Shown here: in pieces, positions 13,301 to 28,567 of the stretch
Numbering within the stretch: position 1 is the first letter of the stretch
Layout of the letters: each line of letters begins with the position of its first letter
NCBI RefSeq assembly: GCF_009914755.1
Contig: NC_060937.1
Source of the DNA: the human T2T-CHM13v2.0 reference genome, Homo sapiens
Reading direction: 5' to 3' (one strand)
DNA length: 64,000 nt
Program-made: the position numbers and the translations under genes
The notes under the pieces: generated by a model
Databases searched by the model: none
The model's input: only the letters and a program-made list of their open reading frames with translations
What the model was told of the DNA's origin: nothing

Positions 13301-14703
13301 TCTTATAGACAGCAATATCATATCTTTAGGTTCTGAATCTGTGTTTTTCCCCCCCCTCAAAACTAGGAAATACTTTGGTAACAGAATTGAAAAGGAGTTG
13401 TGCTTTATCATTTCTGTTTTGCCAGGAAGGCATTCTTATTCCTAGTGGTAGCAATATCCAATATCTGTCTATCAGATAACAACAACAACAAAAAAAAACT
13501 AAATCACAAGTGTGAATGCCCGTTTACTCTCCTGTTATATCCCCTAAAAGAAAGCCTTCCCATCATGGAGAAAAGGCAAAAGATTGAAAGTAAAACTCCA
13601 AAATTCACCAAAGTGATGCTCAGGTATCATATTTGCTTATTGGTTTAAAATTCTTCAATGATAAAAATGTTTGCTTTAAACTTTTCATAAAATATAACCA
13701 ATAATTTAAAAATTTCTCAGAGATATTACTAAATGTTGAATTCTACAACTTGAAGTCTTAGGTTCATAACACAACAAACACACACATACTGTGATGAAAT
13801 AGATTCCAGCATTATGACTGATCCTGCATATTGAAATAATAAAAAAATTAAAAAAAATTCTCATTGTCATTTAGGAGATTTCACTGGGTGGATGACAGTC
13901 TACTGTTCCACTTTTTGGTTTACAAGGTATGAAATCAGATGTTTCATGATAAAAATTATCATCATTTCCAATTGAATATTCAAATGGCAAGATCCCACAT
14001 TAACGGGTGGACAAGTTCAAGGTTCCAAGTTCATTCCCACTGGTAAACAGTGGAGAAATTAATGGGGACTATTTTGGAAATTCACAGCTGTCATCTGTTT
14101 CTACTTCCCCAAAGCAGTCCAATAAAAGGATATTGGGGAGAGGATGGAAAAAGGCTGAAAAATGGTTTCAGACTGTCACATTAATAATTTGAAGGTTGGC
14201 TATATGAAAAAATCTTTTTATATGACATATTTGAATTCTGTTCCTTTACCTGGAGAAATGCACACCTACAAAACCAATGTGAGGAATCTGTACACTCATA
14301 AAGAATGGTCAGGTAGACTAGTTGTCTTAATACTTGGCTAGCCCAGTAACACAAAGAATGAGGCAATCATAAACAATTGGTTTGGGGTTTTTATTGTTGC
14401 TACCATTACTATTATTACTAATGATTAAGTCTTCAGGAGATGATCATATCTCATGCCCTTTTTAGCAGATTTTGTTATTTCATTGTATTGCATTTAAACA
14501 TCCAATTGTTCTAGCCTTATTTGTTAATCACAGGTCAATAACCTGGGAGCAAGTACCAGGAAATGACAAGTTATGAGAGAAGCTGTGCTGCTATCATAAT
14601 CTTCTATGTAAGTGGCAGCAGACTATATGGTATGTTCTAATGTTAGGTATAATGAATTCTAAAATAATTATGCTGGTGCAGTTAACGTCAAGAAGAAAAC
14701 ACA

Positions 14704-15014
<311 letters not shown>

Positions 15015-15147
15015 ACAATGCGCAACAGCTACAAATTCCTTATAAAAATACACTCTTTTATCTGGAAAGTTCTCATGACAACTCCTTTCCTTCAGCAGTT
15101 TATTTTGGGTTAGGAGCCTCATTTGTGTGGCTTGTAAGGAAGACAAG

Positions 15148-15528
15148 TGTATTAGTCCATTCTCATGCTGCTAATAAAGACATACCTAAGACTGGATAAT
15201 ATATAAAGGTAAGAGGTTTAATTAACTCACAGTTCCATGGGACTGGGGAGGCCTCAGGAAACTTACAATCATGGCGGAAGGGGAAGCAAACACGTCCTTC
15301 TTCACATGGCAGCAGCAAGGAAAAGTGCAGAGCAAAAGGGAAAAAAGCCCCTTAAAAAACCATCAGATCTCATGAGAACTCACTCACTATCACGAGAACA
15401 GCATGAGGGTAACAGCCCCATATTTAAATTATAATAGCTCCAACCAGGTGCCTCCCATGACATGTGGGGATTACAGGGAACTACAATTCAAGATGAGATT
15501 GGGGTGGGGACACAGCCAAACCACATCA
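15148..15528 (-). mobile_element. THE1 solo LTR (THE1D-like)
   Basis: TGTATTAGTCC...GGGGACACAGCCAAACCACATCA; 5-bp TSD ACAAG/CCAAG. Confidence 0.92.
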
Positions 15529-15811
15529 CCAAGAATCAAAGAAAGGATGCTACTTGTGTATAATTCTCAACAAATCTCTTGTAGTACTCAGATTATCTAA
15601 GACATTACACAAAGATTTACTTGGTTAGAATATCAACAACACTTCTATGTGCCAAATGGCTTTAGTTAAATCTTGCTTCAGGAGTATTTGAAGCATATAT
15701 TTTTCAACTACATAATGCAATAAATCTAAAGGATCTGACAGGAGGAATACAGGATGTTTCGCAATGCACAAAGGCAAAGCATCACACTCAGCTTGGGGAA
15801 AGAAAGGCTTC

Positions 15812-15985
15812 TTTTTTTTTTTATTTTTTGAGATGAAGTGTCACTCTTGTTGCCCAGGCTGGAACACAGTGGTACACCCTTGGCTCACTGCAACCTCCAT
15901 CTCTTGGGTTCATGCGATTCTCCTGCCTCACCTTCCTGAGTAGCTGGGATTACAGGCACCTACCACCATGGCTGGCTAATTTTTC
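15812..15985 (-). mobile_element. Alu right-arm fragment
   Basis: Poly-T, GAGATGAAGTGTCACTCTTGTTGCCCAGG...GGCTAATTTT, then the Alu ends. Confidence 0.9.
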
Positions 15986-16390
15986 TCAGGGAACATAATG
16001 CAAAAGCTGACACACAAAGGATACATGAGAATCATGTGAGGTGAGGAAAAGTGATCCCAGGCATAGGAATCAATATCTGTGACAAAGACCTGAAAGAATT
16101 TCAATGTAGAAAGAGTCAAGCATGAGAAAGGAAACAGAGCAAGTGAGATAAAGTAGTGCCAGGGCACACTGGACCTCACATAAGTCATGTGGAGTTGTCT
16201 GGATGCTTTTATCAAAGCAACATGGAATTGGGGAAGGATCCTCTGCAGTACTGTGACATGCTTATATTTTAACATGCTCACTCTGGTTAGAATTGGATTA
16301 GAAGTAGGAGAAATTCGACCCAGTAAAACCAATTGAGAAACTGCAACGGTACAGCAGGTGAGGGATGGGAGTGGCAGGAGCTACAGTAAA
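15986..16390 (-). mobile_element. L2 fragment
   Basis: Degenerate antisense L2 motifs (CCCAGGCATAGGAA, TTTTAACATGCTCACTCTGG, CAGGTGAGGGATG). Confidence 0.55.
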
Positions 16391-16673
16391 GGCAAGGGGA
16401 AGGAAGAAGGTAAAATCTCTGTATTGAACTCCTATGAGCCAGCATATGTATTATTTATATTATATATGATACACAACACATATTATATATTTTTAAAGAG
16501 CACATACAAAATAGTTATAGAAAATTATCGTTTTTCCTAAAGTAGCTCATGCATTAAAATGAAAGTGTAACCCAAATACTGTGAAAGTGAATAATACAAA
16601 AGGTTTTAAAATAATTTGACCTTAGATCTGGAAAGTCAATGAAAATTAGAAGTAGATTTCCATCTTAGGGTCT

Positions 16674-16745
16674 GAATCACACAATAAAGGAATAAAGGAA
16701 TCACACAATAAAGGAATAAAGGAATCACACAATAAAGGAATAAAG
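16674..16745. repeat. Perfect 24-bp x3 tandem repeat
   Basis: GAATCACACAATAAAGGAATAAAG three times. Confidence 0.97.
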
Positions 16746-18218
16746 TTGTAAGAAAGCTTAAATAAATGAAAACTGTGAAAAATGAGAAACACCAGGTAGG
16801 TATGAATAGGCTATTGAATAAAGCTGTCAGCAACTGCGCCAGGAGCTCAGCCTCGTATGGATGATAATGTGGGCTATGAAGGAAACATCCCTATTGTGTG
16901 AATGTGAAGTAGAAGGGCACCCGAGTAAAGGAAATTGCAAAGTGGAGCTACAGAAAAATTTATCACCTGTTTATGTGCCAGTCCACAGTCACATAAACAG
17001 GTAGTAAGATAACATCCAATTTAATATTACGGGGATTGTTACAAAGTGAAAAAAATGGTACTGCAATTTTTCAAAATGAGGAAAATGTACTGGTATAATT
17101 TCAGAGATCTGGAATCTCTGTGGCTATCATATCTCATTTCTGTAATATATTAATGTGAAAATTAGAGAGAGGGCACTGCACATTTCTAGACTATTTCCCA
17201 GAAGTCTTAAAAGTAATAGGGCAAAGAATCGTAGCATTATTTGAGTACTAAAGTTACAGTTTTATTTTGTACTCTTAAATTGTTTTAGACATTTTCATTA
17301 GGTACAAGCAACATATAATAAATGCCACGTATTTGAAAGGTACAATCTGATAAGGTTAGGCATATGTATACCCAGGAAGCCATGGCCACAATGAAGATAA
17401 TGAACATATCTATCACTCCCCAAAGGTTCCCATTTGTAACCCTCCCTTCCACCCCTGCCAGCACTTCTCCCTCCAATCCACAGGCAACTATGGATTGCTT
17501 TCAATCATAACAGGTTAGTTTGTATTCTCTGGAGTTTAGAGAATATAAATGAAATAATACATATGTACTCTTCATCTGGCTTCTTTCACTCAGCATAATG
17601 ATTTTGAGAGTCACCCTAATTGAGCATATTATCAATAGTTCATTCATCTTTATTGTAACAGTCCATTGCATGGGTATATCACAATTTGCTTATCCATTCA
17701 CCTGTTGATAATGTCTGTGTTCTTTCCAGTGTTTGACTATTGCAAACAAAGCTGCTATAAACATTTGTATACAAGTCTATGTATATATGGACATATATTT
17801 CCTTTTCTTATGGGATAATACCTAGGAGTGGAATGGTTGAGCCATACAGTAAGTGTTTAACTTTTGAAGTCACTGCCAAACTGCATTAGCAGTTTATGAG
17901 AACTCCAGTTCATCCTCGCCCATATTTTGTATGGTTTTCCTTTCTAATTTTAGCAATTCTAATACGTGTGAAGTGGTAGTGTATTGTGGTTTTTGATTTG
18001 CATTTCCCTAATATCTAATGACGTGGAGCATCTTATATGCTTATTTGCTGTCCATATATTGTTTTTGATGAAGTGTCCAAATCTTTTTCCCATTTTTGCT
18101 AATGGATTATTTTATTATGAAGTTTTGAGAGTTCTTTATATATTCTGACGCAAGTCCTTTATCAACATACAATATGCTAATATTTTCTCTTCATCTGTAA
18201 CCTGTCTTTTCATTCTCC

Positions 18219-18349
18219 TTTTTAAAAAAAATATGAGACATGGTTTCACTATGCTGCCCAGGCTGGTCTCAAACTCCTGCCCTCAAGTGACCCTTCAGCC
18301 TTAGTGTTCAGAGTAGCTGGGATTCTAGGTTCAAGCTACCATGGCCCAC
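18219..18349 (-). mobile_element. FLAM monomer inserted in L1
   Basis: Single Alu left arm; CTGTCTTTTCATTCT on both sides (TSD). Confidence 0.85.
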
Positions 18350-18372
18350 TGTCTTTTCATTCTGTTAATAGT

Positions 18373-19115
<743 letters not shown>

Positions 19116-20128
19116 TAGAAATATTTTAGTGAAGATAATGTTTTAATTTTATTATCTCCAGTTTATCCATCTGTTCTTTTATTGATTGAGCATTTGGTAT
19201 CGTATCTAAGAAATACTTGACTAACTGAAGGTCACAAAGATTTTCTCCCATGTTTGCTTATATATTTTTATAATTTTAGGTTTTACATTTAGGTATTGAC
19301 CAATTTTGGGTTAATTTTTGTATATGCTGTGAGATATGGATCAAATTTCATTTTGTTGCATTTAAACATCCAATTGTTCTAGCTTTATTTATTTAAAAAA
19401 ATATTCTTTCTCCACTGAATTGCCTTAATTGCCTTTGCATCTTTGTAAAAAAAAAAAAAAGCTTGCCCTATATGTGCTTGTTGATAATATATTAAAATAG
19501 AAATACTTTTTATTTGAAGTGATTTTGTATCCTGAAGTTTGCTAAATTCATCTATTAGTTCAAGAAGCTTCTTTGAGGAGTCCCTCTTGTTTCCTATACG
19601 GACGAACATGGCATCTGAGAATAAAAATAGTTTGCCTTTCTAATCTGGGTTTGTCTTCTTTCTTTTCCTTGCTTTATTCCAGTGATTACAATCTCCAGTT
19701 CAATGTTTAATGAAAGATAGAGAGGACATCTGGCCTTGTTCCTGATCATTGGAGAAAACATTCAGTCTTTCACCATAAAAATCATGTTAACTATAGGTTT
19801 TTCATATGTGTCCTTTATTGAGCTGTGGAAGTTCCCATCTATTCCTAGTTTGCTAAGAGTTTTTATCAGTTATAGCTGTTGGATTTTGTAAAATGTTCTT
19901 ATTGCATCTATTGAAATGACCAGATGATTTAATTTTTAAACTTCTAAAAACACTGTCATTTAAATTGATTTTTTTTCAATGTTAAATGAGCCCTGCATTA
20001 CTGGGATACATTCCACCTCATCATCAATATGTAAAAAAATTTTTTTACACATTATTGGATATGATTTGCTAAAAAGTGTAACGAAATTTGGCACTAGGGT
20101 TCATGAGTGATACTGATTTGTAGGCTTC

Positions 20129-20565
20129 GGATATGCTTCAGATCTATGTCCCCACCCAAATCTCGTGTTGAATTGTAATCCCCAGTGTTGGAGGTAGGGC
20201 CTGGTGGAAGATGACTGGATCACAGGGGTGGGTCCTTCATGAATGGTTAGCACCGTCATCTTAGTTAATTTGATAGAGTTATCAAGAGAACTGGTTGTTT
20301 AAAAATGTGTAGCACCTTCCCGCTCTCTCTTCCTCCTACTCCAGCCATGTGAAGTGCTGGCTCCCCGCTTCACCTTGAGCCATGATTGTAAGTTTCCTGA
20401 GGCCTCCTCAGAAGCAAAGCAGATGCTAGGATTGCGCTTCCTGTCCAGCCTCTTTGGAACTGTTTACTTGGCTCATTGGAACTATAAGCCAATTAAAGCT
20501 CTTTTCTTTATAAATTACCCAGTCTCAGGTATTTCTTTCTAGCAGTATGAGAATGAACTAACACA
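20129..20565 (+). mobile_element. MST solo LTR (MSTB-like)
   Basis: GATATG...TGTCCCCACCCAAATCTC...CCAATTAAA...GAACTAACACA; exact TSD GCTTC. Confidence 0.92.
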
Positions 20566-22511
20566 GCTTCATTTCTTGAATGTCTTTGTCTGGCCTTATA
20601 CATAATGCTGGCCTTATAAAATGAATTGAGAAGTATTCTCTCCTATTCAATTTTCTGCAAGAGATTTGTAGAATTAATATTACTTTTTCTTAAAAGTTTC
20701 ATAGAATTCATCAGGAAAGTCAACTGGACATGAAGCTTCTTATAGAGAAGGTATTTTACTACAAATTGATTTTTAAAATAGATATAGAATTACTGATATT
20801 TTCTGTTTCCTTTTGTTGTTTGTGTTTTTCAAGGAATTTTCCACATCATCTAAGTTGTCAAATGTATTGGTATGCAGTGATTTATAATCTTCCCGTATTA
20901 TCATTGTAATCTATAGCATCTTTAGTGATATCACCTTCCTCATTCCTGATATTTATAATTTGTATCTTTTCTACTCTTCTTTTTCTTCATCAACCTGGAT
21001 AGAGCTTTATTATTTTTATCAATCTTCTCAACAAACAAGCTTTTGGTTTCATCAATTTTCTCTATTGTTTTTCCTGTTTCTATTTCATTGATTTCTATTG
21101 TGACATTTATTTCCTTTACTTTGAATTTCTCTTTCTTGTTTTTAAAGTGCAAGTTGATTTGAGACACTTCTATTCTAATGGAGCAATACTCTTTTAGACT
21201 GAATTTCCCTCTAAATATTGCTCTAGCAGCATCTCACAAATTTTGATGTATTTCTCTTTATTTTCATTCCATTCAAAATACTTTCTAATTTCCCTTTTGA
21301 CTTCTTTGACTTACGGGCTATTTAGAAATGTCTTATTTCATTTCCAAATAATGCAGTACTTTTCAGATATCTTTATAATACTTACTTCTAAGTTAATTCC
21401 ATTGTGGTCAGACAACATGACTTGAATCTTCTAAAATTTACTGAGACTTGTTTTATCATACATATTCCTCTTGCACTTGAAAAAATGTGTATTCTGCTGT
21501 TGTTTGGGAGATTACTGTGCAAATGTCAATTAGATCAAGTTGACAGTGTTGTTCAAGTCGTGCATATCCTTACTGTTTTTTTTTCTATTGTTCTATCAAT
21601 TCTCAAGAGAGGAATATCAAAATCTCTGACTATAATTGTGGATTTCTCTATTTTTCCTTGCAGTTTTATTAATTTTTGTCTCATGTATTTTGAAGCTCTA
21701 TAAATAGGTACATATTCAGGATTATAAGGTATCCTGATGAATTGACCCATCTATCTTTACAAAATCTTCCTGATAACAATCTATTTTGTCAGCTATTAAT
21801 ATAGCCACTCCAGCCTTCTCTTGATTAGTGTTAGCATGGTATATCTTTTTCCATCCTTCTATTTTTACCCTATTTGTGTCTTTAAATTTAAAGTGCATTT
21901 CTTATAGGCAACATATAGTTAGGTCTTACATTTTTATACAATCTGACAATCTTTGCCTGTATTTCTATTTAATGTGATTACTGATATTGATTTTTCAATA
22001 TCAATATATTGACCATTTATATTTAATGTGATTATTGCTACTATTTTTTCTAATCCTCTTTATGAAAAAAACTCTAAAAAGAATTATATACACTCACAGT
22101 CTCCAAATCCTCTTCTCCCATTCTACTTTGAACCTGTTTAAGTCTGGTTTCCATTCCTACTATTCTATTGAAACAAGTCTTTGTCAAGGCCACTGACTTC
22201 CTCTATCTTGCTAAATCCAAAGGTAAATTCTCAATTTTCATTAAACTTGACCTCTCTGCAGCATTTGACATATGTGATCACTGTCTCCTTAAAGCATATT
22301 TCTTTCCCTGGCTTGTAGGGCACCATACCCTCCTTGCAATCAATCAGCAACACTAACTACTCCTTCTCTGAGATCTTTGCTTTTTCCATCTTATTACTTC
22401 AACTTCATAACTTAATAATGCCGTAGGGCTCAGGGCTCAGCCCTTGGGCATCTTGTCTAAGCACACTCATTTCTTTAGTGATCTCATCCTTCTTGTGGAT
22501 TTAAATACTAC

Positions 22512-22932
22512 TGCAGTGTATGCTGGGTGTACCACTCAAATGCCTGCCCTTTAGGACTGAACCACTCATTACCCCCACTGCTGAGAATGTTAATGGTTGA
22601 TTTCTCAAAACTTATTCCCCATCTTCACCAAGCAACTGCCATCAGCTGAAGAAAGTTGACTCACTCAAGGTCACAAGCTTGGGCATCAAGTAACTGACTG
22701 ATGTAGGGGGTATAAATTATGACAATTCTGCGAGGTTTTTCCAGCTCTAGAGCTCTCCATGAGATTGGTGGAAGGACTTACTTCTGATCTTATGGCAGCC
22801 CAACTTTTCCCTCTGTCCATTCCTACTTCCTTTACTCCTCACAGTTATTAATCTCAAAAGTCCTTGCCAATACATGTCTGAGTGCAAATCTTCATCTCAG
22901 TTTCTGCTTCCTGGGAAAACTGATCTGAGACA
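22512..22932 (+). mobile_element. ERVL LTR (LTR16B-like)
   Basis: TTTAGGACTGAACCACTCATT...CTCAAGGTCAC...TCTGCTTCCTGGGAAAACTGATCTGAGACA; TG...CA ends. Confidence 0.7.
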
Positions 22933-22950
22933 TCATTTACATGCTGACAT

Positions 22951-23839
22951 TGAGAGGTGAAGCCAGCTAGACTTCCTGGGTTGAGTGGGGACTTGGAGAA
23001 CTTTTCTGTCTAGCTAAAGTTTTGCAAACGCACCAATCAGCACTCTGTAAAAATGCACCAATCAGCGCTCTGCGTCTAGCTAAAGGTTTGTAAACACATC
23101 AATCGGCACTCTGTAAAAATGCACCAATCAGCACTCTGTGTCTAGCTAAAGGTTTGTAAATGCACCAATCAGCACTCTGTAAAAATGGACCAATCAGCAC
23201 TCTGTAAAATGGACCAATCAGCAGGACATGCGCAGGATCAAATAAGGGAAGAAAAACTGGTTATCCAAGCCAGCAGCGGCAACCTGCTCAGGTCCCCTTC
23301 CACGCTGTTCAAGCTTTGTTCTTTCACTCTTCACAATAAATCTTGCTGCTGCTCACTCTTTGGGTCTGCACTACCTTTATGAGCTGTAATACCCACTGCA
23401 AAGGTCTGCAGCTTCACTCCTGAAGTCAGAGAGACCACAAACCCACTGGGAGGAAAAAACAACTCCAGACACGCCACCTTTAAGAGCTATAACACTCACT
23501 GGGAAGGTCTGCTGCTTCACTCCTGAAGTCAGCAAGACCACGAACCCACCAGAAGGAAGAAACTCTGGACACATCTGAACATCTGAAGGAACAAACTCCG
23601 GGCACACCATCTTTAAGAACTGTAACACTCACTGCGAAGGTCAGCGGCTTCATTCCTGAAGTCAGCAAGACTACAAACCTACCAGAAGGAAGAAACTCCA
23701 GACACATCTGAACATCTGAAGGAACAAACTCCGGACACACCATCTTTAAGAACTGTAACACTCACCGCCAGGGTCCACGGCTTCATTCTTGAAGTCAGCG
23801 AGACCAAGAACCCACTGGAAGGAACCAATTCTGAACACA
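22951..23839 (+). mobile_element. ERV9 solo LTR (LTR12F-like)
   Basis: TGAGAGGTGAAGCCAGCT start, six ACCAATCAG boxes, AATAAA at 23335, ~133-bp U5 repeats, ends CTGAACACA; 4-bp TSD ACAT/ACAC. Confidence 0.95.
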
Positions 23840-24290
23840 ACACCTACAAACTCATACTTCCAGCACATACCTTTTGTCTGAATCCCAAGACTGAAATATC
23901 CATTGTTCTTCTCAACCTTCCAACTTTTCTTATTACTTTGATGTCTAATGGAAATCTCAAACTTAACATATCTGAAACTGAATACTTGATCAATACCACT
24001 CCCTCACTTAAAAAACTACCCACACACTGTCTTCTCCATCTAAGTTGATGAGAACTCCAAATTCTCATTGTTTATTACATAAGCCAAAAGCCCTGTAGAA
24101 TTTGTGGGGGGGGGGGGCTTCCTCTCATATTCCACATCAAATTTGTCAGCAAACCTGTTCGTTCTATTTTAAAAATATTTAACCATTTCTCACCACCCAG
24201 CTATCACTCCAGCCCAAGTCACCCTTATCTCTCACCTGGCTTAACTGCAATCCCTCCCATTTTTTTTTCCTTGTGTCTGTCCCTACCCCC

Positions 24291-24644
24291 TGCTATGGTC
24301 TGAATGTGTGCCCCAAAATTCAGGTGTTGAAACTGAATCTCCATTGTGGTGGTATTAAGACGTGGGGCCTTTTGAGAAATGATTAAATTAAGGGGGCTCC
24401 ACCTTCATGAATAGATTAGTGCCTTATAAAAGGGCTGGAAGGAACCCAGCTTGGGTCCCTTTTACCCTTCTGTCCCTTGCACCACGTGAGGACATCTAGA
24501 TGAATGAGTCTGTACCAGACACCTAACCTGCCAGCGCCTTGATTTTGGACTTCCCAGCCTCCAACTGTGAGGAAATGAGTTTCTTTTATTTCAAAATTAC
24601 CAGTCTGTGGTATTTTGTTATAACAGCACAAATAATTTAAGACA
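24291..24644 (+). mobile_element. MaLR solo LTR (MSTD-like)
   Basis: TGCTATGGTCTGAATG...GGACTTCCCAGCCTCCA...TAAGACA. Confidence 0.88.
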
Positions 24645-25471
24645 CATCCAATACAGTCTTTTTAAACCAGTGGCAAGAGTGATTCTATTAAAACATAAGG
24701 CAGATCACTTTACACTGTGCTCAGACTTTATAATGGCTTTCCCCTCTGTCCATTCCCTCCCTCTTCACTCCTGTCTCTGACCTCACATTCTACACATGCT
24801 ACCTTCCCTGCTGTCTCCCCTCAATGCCTCTGCATGGGCTCATCCCTTGGCCTGAAATGCTCCCCTCCTCTGCAGGGTTCAACCTCTCTCCCTTCCTCTG
24901 CAGGGTCCACCCCCTCTCCTATGTCATCTTTGTTCAAATCTCACTCTCGATTAGGTCTTCCTCAACTGCCCCATTAAAATTGCAACCCACCTCCATCCCA
25001 GGCAGTTCTTGTTTCCTTTCCTGGCTGTATAAGTTTTTCCTTCCTTTGCACTTAGTATCTTTCAATGTGCTTTATGATTTACTTAAAAAAAATTGTTTCT
25101 CCCTCCTCCCACTCCACTCCCAAAATGTAAGCCCCACAAATTCAGATATTTTTATCAGTTTTATTTATTGATGTTTCTGTAGGACCTAGAACACTGCCTA
25201 CCACATAATAAGTAGCCAATACATGGTCATTGAATCAATTAATCAGTCAATCAATCTATCACTGAACTGATGACTAAACATTTTTGTTATACCCCAATTT
25301 TATGGCTGAAGTATAGAATACATACCTTGTTAATATGAAAACAAATACCAAAACAGAAAATAAATTATTTTCAAGTTATCCTCCTATGAGGCTAAGAAAT
25401 ACATATGCAAAAATCCATTCAAGCTATCCAGTCACTAGATCTTGCCTTCCGATGCTAAAATCAACAGATTG

Positions 25472-25549
25472 GAGCCTTATGCCAATTTAGAGGTAGGAGA
25501 ACTAAGCTGGCCAGCTAAGCTCTTCTACCTCTAAATTGTTATAAGGCTC
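25472..25549. repeat. 78-bp imperfect palindrome (39-bp arms, no spacer)
   Basis: Centre 25510/25511; 34 of 39 positions pair Watson-Crick (checked base by base). Confidence 0.95.
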
Positions 25550-26559
25550 TGATAATTAAGTATCTATCAGTGAGTTGTTAAGAAACAACTAATTTGGTGA
25601 GTAATGCTTTTTTTTCTAAATAGCACCTAACTTTCACCATGATGTATATTTAACTCTAGCAAACAAGTCAACCAATCAACTAAAAAATAAAACAAAAGAA
25701 ATTCTAACAAAGCTAAGTACTGGAAGTGACTGGCATTTTTTGGGGATCAAGAGCTTTATAACTTATATGATAGATGCACATGTGCAATTCTATCTTTAAT
25801 ACACTTTATATAAAGTAAAGAGCATGTAACACACATAATCCTTTGATGATCCATCATGTTGAGGAGTGCTTAATAAATATCAAAAAGCACCGATTAAGCC
25901 AGAGGAAACTCCTGACAAGGTTGCAGACATCTGGACATGTACATCTGTTCAAAGTCAGTGATCTGTACAGAAGACCCCAGAGAAAGAATTAGTGTCAATC
26001 TGATATTCAGTGATAAACAATTATTACCAAGAATCCAATATGACACTGGAAATAATAATAAAACTGGCAAGTTAAGTATAAATTGAGTGACCTCAGATGT
26101 TGTGGAAATTTGAAGCCCTTGATTGCTGCTCAAAGCTGTCATGTTGGCAAGAAAATTCTTATTCAGCCTAAAAGTATAAGAATTCCTATCCATCCCACCC
26201 TGGCCCTGTAAACCAGCTCTCTCAGCCAAGAAGTTTGAATAATCCAGCAGTCACCAGGAGCCTCCTTTGGGATGAAATTTGTTTCCTCTACTCCCTTCAA
26301 CCCATCGATTTCCTGCTCCTGTTTCCCTGGCTCTCTGGGAGAGGATAGCAAAGAGCCTGCTATCTGTGACCCTCTTTCTGTTTTGATGACTCTTACAGAC
26401 TCTTGTATCAGGCTTTTGGATTCCTATTTTTCTTCCCACCTCCTGCAACCACATCTACCAATGGATTCTTTGATTTGCATGCTCAGAGGCAGCATGGGTC
26501 TAGATAAGAGACCTCTTGGCCCCAGCCCTTGATTTGGGGAGATCTTTTCTCATTAATAA

Positions 26560-26800
26560 AAATATAATAGCTTCTAGTTAAGGAAGACCTACTACATGTT
26601 GGGTACTATATCAGGCACTTTCCACATAGTCTTGTTTTGCCTTTACAACATCTTTGTAAGAAAATATATTATTGACATTTTACAGAAGAAGAATGGGAAA
26701 TTAAATGACTTGTCCAAAGTCATACAGCTAATAAGCATGCAAAGAAGGCAGCAGAATTCTAACCCCAGAATCCATGTTTTCTGCTCTGATGCTGTTTCTC
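26560..26800. mobile_element. MIR fragment
   Basis: CATTTTACAGAAGAAGAA...AAATGACTTGTCCAAAGTCATACAGCTA...AACCCCAG. Confidence 0.75.
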
Positions 26801-26984
26801 TATCAAGCATTTGCAACATGAGTGATTCTAATTTCATTTTTTCCTTTGCATATTATATATGTTATAAATGTTATAAAACAATCTCAAATTGTTATAAATA
26901 TGTCAATCATTTTGGTGCCAAGTTAAATTGTTTTTAAACTTGCTTTCATAGTAACATTGCAATGTTACTACCCATTTTCACCAA

Positions 26985-28567
<1,583 letters not shown>

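Larger units (their letters stand above)
22045..25260 (+). mobile_element. L2 (L2a-like) RT and 3' region split by three LTRs
   Basis: RT motif LDLSAAFD in ORF 22168-22356; GATGTCTAATGGAAATCTCAAACTTAACAT; TTGAATCAATTAATC terminus. Confidence 0.88.

Noticed and set aside
22168-22356. Reverse-transcriptase motif LDLSAAFD
   Set aside because: Fossil L2 ORF2 with stops and insertions; not an active RT or retron-like system.
23030-23830. Repeat arrays resembling CRISPR; two ORFs with identical N-termini
   Set aside because: Normal U3 and U5 tandem repeats of LTR12; no unique spacers and no cas genes.
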